A model generated the notes under the pieces. The model was given only the letters and a program-made list of their open reading frames with translations. It was not told where the DNA came from and made no database searches. Shown piece by piece: positions 62,701-64,000 of a stretch of DNA of 64,000 nt (positions within the stretch are counted from its first letter, which is position 1; every line of letters begins with the position of its first letter). The DNA lies in assembly GCA_036374135.1 (NCBI GenBank), contig DASUUK010000094.1, positions 156 through 64,155 on the forward strand. Direction: 5' to 3'. The position numbers were made by a program, and so were the translations under genes. The stretch is from Euzebyales bacterium. Its GTDB lineage: Bacteria > Actinomycetota > Nitriliruptoria > Euzebyales > JAHELV01.

Positions 62701-63362
62701 GCGTGCGCCCGATCCTGATGACCGCACTGACGACGATGATCGGCCTGGTGCCCCTGGCGCTCGGGCTCAGCGAGGGTGCACTGCTGTCCGCCTCACTGGC
62801 GACGGTCGTGATCGGCGGCCTGCTCACGTCGACGCTGCTGACGCTGATCGTGATCCCGGTGGTCTACACGGTGTTCATGGGCATGCGCGACCGCGTGCGT
62901 GGCGGTCCCCGCGAGGACGGCGATGGTGGGGCCGACGGGCACGCGCGCGACGACACACCGGTGCCGGTCCGCACTCCCGAGGGCGTCAACGCGTCCTCCG
63001 GCACGGGCGGCAACGGCCGACGTGGTCGTGACGCGGCGTCGGTGGTCGGCGTCGCCGCCGACCTGCGCGTCGTCGGCCGGTTCCCCAGCCGGACGCAGGC
63101 GCAGGCGGCACTCGATCAGCTCGACCGCTCGGGGATGCGCATCGACCACCTGACGATCCGCAGTGCCGGTGCTTCGGCGCGGCCCGCGCGGGGCCGGCTG
63201 ACCCGCGCTGCCCTGGCGTGGCTGCGCGAGCACGAGCCCGAGCAGCTCACCGCACCGACCGACCCTGTGTGGGAGCTGGTCGCGCCGGCCGCGTACGCTG
63301 AGGCCGCCAGGGCCGTGCTGTCGGGCAACGGCCAGTCGTTCGCGCCCTACGTGCGCGGCTGA
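59772..63362 (+). CDS. RND-superfamily efflux permease (AcrB/HAE-type) with low-complexity loop insert and ~155-aa C-terminal extension
   Basis: In-frame GTG 59772 of ORF 59667..63362, 1196 aa. FTRLALEHRTVTLLGIVLV, SIPLSLIAALGLM, GALAIAAGRVVDDAIVVLENI, a second half with LPLAAIGAFPALAITG, IGLLMLIGIVITNAIVLLEF, and 12-TM RND topology. No MFP/OMF partner gene is adjacent. Confidence 0.9.
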   Translation: MRTFTRLALEHRTVTLLGIVLVLVASVGAAFGLRQELFPSIQPPYLVTVATQPGAGPVSVVDNLTEPIEDAIESTASLEQVASTSLEGVSVTFAEYTYGTDIEEREREVRDAVATADLPAGVDAPQVTSVTPDALPIYSVALTGENIGEVTQIARDDLVPELEGLEGVAEATLNGAGARIVEVTLDPKRLADNGLTGNDVVTAINDADLSSPVGAVTDGDTTLPVRVVGANIDVAAIRDIEIVPNAAAAQGADASAQADGGQAPGAAPQSDGAASGQAPVGDPAVAAPRPEPVRIAQLGEVTTTRGDTETISRLDGRQAVTLQIRKEQDANTVETVERIEQAVEDVDLPTSVDTEVIVNQSPEITDGVSDVTRDAVIGAVLALLMIIIFLRSWRGTIVAGISIPLSLIAALGLMRLTGVTINILTLGALAIAAGRVVDDAIVVLENIYRQLERGLPLREAVRVGASEVTGAVTSATLTAVAVFVPLAFISGLVGEIFIGFALTTTFALLASLLVATTVVPVVGSLLLRRAEADKADPENSPLRRMVRRPLTWALDHRALTLTIAVVLLGGSIASLSQVPTNLFPTADAENLVITVDADQGTSLEATGEEVAPLEDRLERVDGVDSYTTVVGSSTDGVSAAFGGGGGDSTATITVDVEDGTDTAELRDEVSAELDDLGLTGSVTEQSAIPTGSEAVVQISGDDFEAVSATADEVEAELEAVDGLANLSSNVTEARPELTVDVREDDARASGLSTGAVAGLLAGTLNATTATTVDLDSGERDVLVQIDPEAVDSAQELRDLPLPTGQTLGDIADVEEADSPVAVTRADGTRSAEVSATITDENIGQVTTEINTALDDLDSPDGVDVTQIGSNQEIGESFQDLFVTQAIAVGLVYLVLVATFGSLLTPFVILLTLPLAAIGAFPALAITGRELGLPAMIGLLMLIGIVITNAIVLLEFVEQRRAAGMTLREAVIDGAETRVRPILMTALTTMIGLVPLALGLSEGALLSASLATVVIGGLLTSTLLTLIVIPVVYTVFMGMRDRVRGGPREDGDGGADGHARDDTPVPVRTPEGVNASSGTGGNGRRGRDAASVVGVAADLRVVGRFPSRTQAQAALDQLDRSGMRIDHLTIRSAGASARPARGRLTRAALAWLREHEPEQLTAPTDPVWELVAPAAYAEAARAVLSGNGQSFAPYVRG

Positions 63363-63425
63363 CGGGACCACCCCCGCCCGTCGCCGACGTCGGACGCGCG
63401 CCACCTCGGGAAGGAAAGGGAGCCG

Positions 63426-64000
63426 GTGCCGGGCGGAGCACCCCTGCTCGACCTCGCCGGCGTCACCGTGACCGCAGGCGGCGCGACCCTGCTCCGCGAT
63501 GTCGACTGGCGCGTGCGGGCCGGCGAGCGCTGGGTCGTCATCGGACCCAACGGAGCCGGCAAATCCACGCTGCTGCAGATCGCGAGCACGTACCGCTTCC
63601 CGTCCCGCGGAGTCGCGTCCGTGCTCGGCCATCGTCTGGGCCGGGTGGACGTTCGCGCGTTGCGCCCCGGCATCGGCTACGCCAGCGCGGAGCTCGGCCG
63701 GATGCTCGATCCCCGCCTGACCGCACACCAGGCGGTGCTCGGCGCCCGCACGGCGACCCTCGTCCGGCTGCGTGCAGGCACGCGGTCGCATGGCCACGGT
63801 GCTGACGGTCCCCACGTCGAGGACCATCTGCGCGCGACTGACCTGCTCGAACGGCTCGGTGTCGGGCCGGGGGCCCACCGGGCGATCGCGACGCTGTCCG
63901 AGGGCGAGCGCCGGCGTGTCCAGATCGCGCGGGCGCTGATGACATCACCCGACCTGCTGCTGCTCGACGAGCCCGCCGCCGGGCTCGACATCGCGGGGCG
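63426..64000 (+). CDS. ABC transporter ATP-binding protein, 5' part (runs off window; not in ORF track)
   Basis: GTG 63426 with GGAAAGGGAG upstream. My own translation gives LLDLAGVTVTAGGATLLRDVDWRVRAGERWVVIGPNGAGKSTLLQI (Walker A), LSEGERRRVQIARAL (signature) and LLLLDEP (Walker B). No stop before 64000. Confidence 0.85.
   Translation, partial: MPGGAPLLDLAGVTVTAGGATLLRDVDWRVRAGERWVVIGPNGAGKSTLLQIASTYRFPSRGVASVLGHRLGRVDVRALRPGIGYASAELGRMLDPRLTAHQAVLGARTATLVRLRAGTRSHGHGADGPHVEDHLRATDLLERLGVGPGAHRAIATLSEGERRRVQIARALMTSPDLLLLDEPAAGLDIAG

Overview
This is a very GC-rich (about 70% by eye), densely coding chromosomal segment of actinobacterial type. I could not assign a species. I support about 65 protein genes and 3 decayed gene remnants. 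I recognised no rRNA, tRNA, CRISPR array, transposase or integrase. Layout from left to right: (1) Minus-strand Tad/Flp pilus assembly genes cpaB-tadZ-tadA-tadB-(tadC) at 1-3645. (2) A patch with gene decay (CocE/NonD and SDR remnants) around a DJ-1/PfpI gene, followed by a sigma-70 factor and a MarR regulator. (3) LOG and GATase genes, then the conserved rpsF-ssb-rpsR-rplI-dnaB block (10.7-13.7 kb). (4) A methyl-group/C1 and osmostress region (13.8-42 kb). It holds IclR plus a Rieske oxygenase, soxB-soxD-soxA (with soxG fused), a BHMT-like homocysteine methyltransferase, a two-component system, a CPA2 antiporter-USP fusion and OsmC. On the minus strand it continues with a GcvT-family demethylase-metF-fhs-folC module and serA-serC-DUF1015. 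(5) IMPase, DapA-family, AsnC-rocD and ATP-grasp genes. (6) The most unusual locus (48.2-51.5 kb): a hyper-acidic Asp/Ala-repeat ORF followed by tightly coupled JmjC/cupin-4, sucrase-ferredoxin-like and IMPase-fold genes. (7) A WYL regulator, DinB, three VOC genes, an Mth938-like gene, a methyltransferase, a divergent Ddl, an M81 peptidase and DUF4870. (8) TetR plus a long RND permease, and the 5' end of an ABC ATPase. All functional calls come from recognising motifs and families by eye on the supplied translations; no searches were run. Many long Arg/Pro/Gly-rich ORFs in the track are antisense or off-frame shadows of real genes and were ignored.
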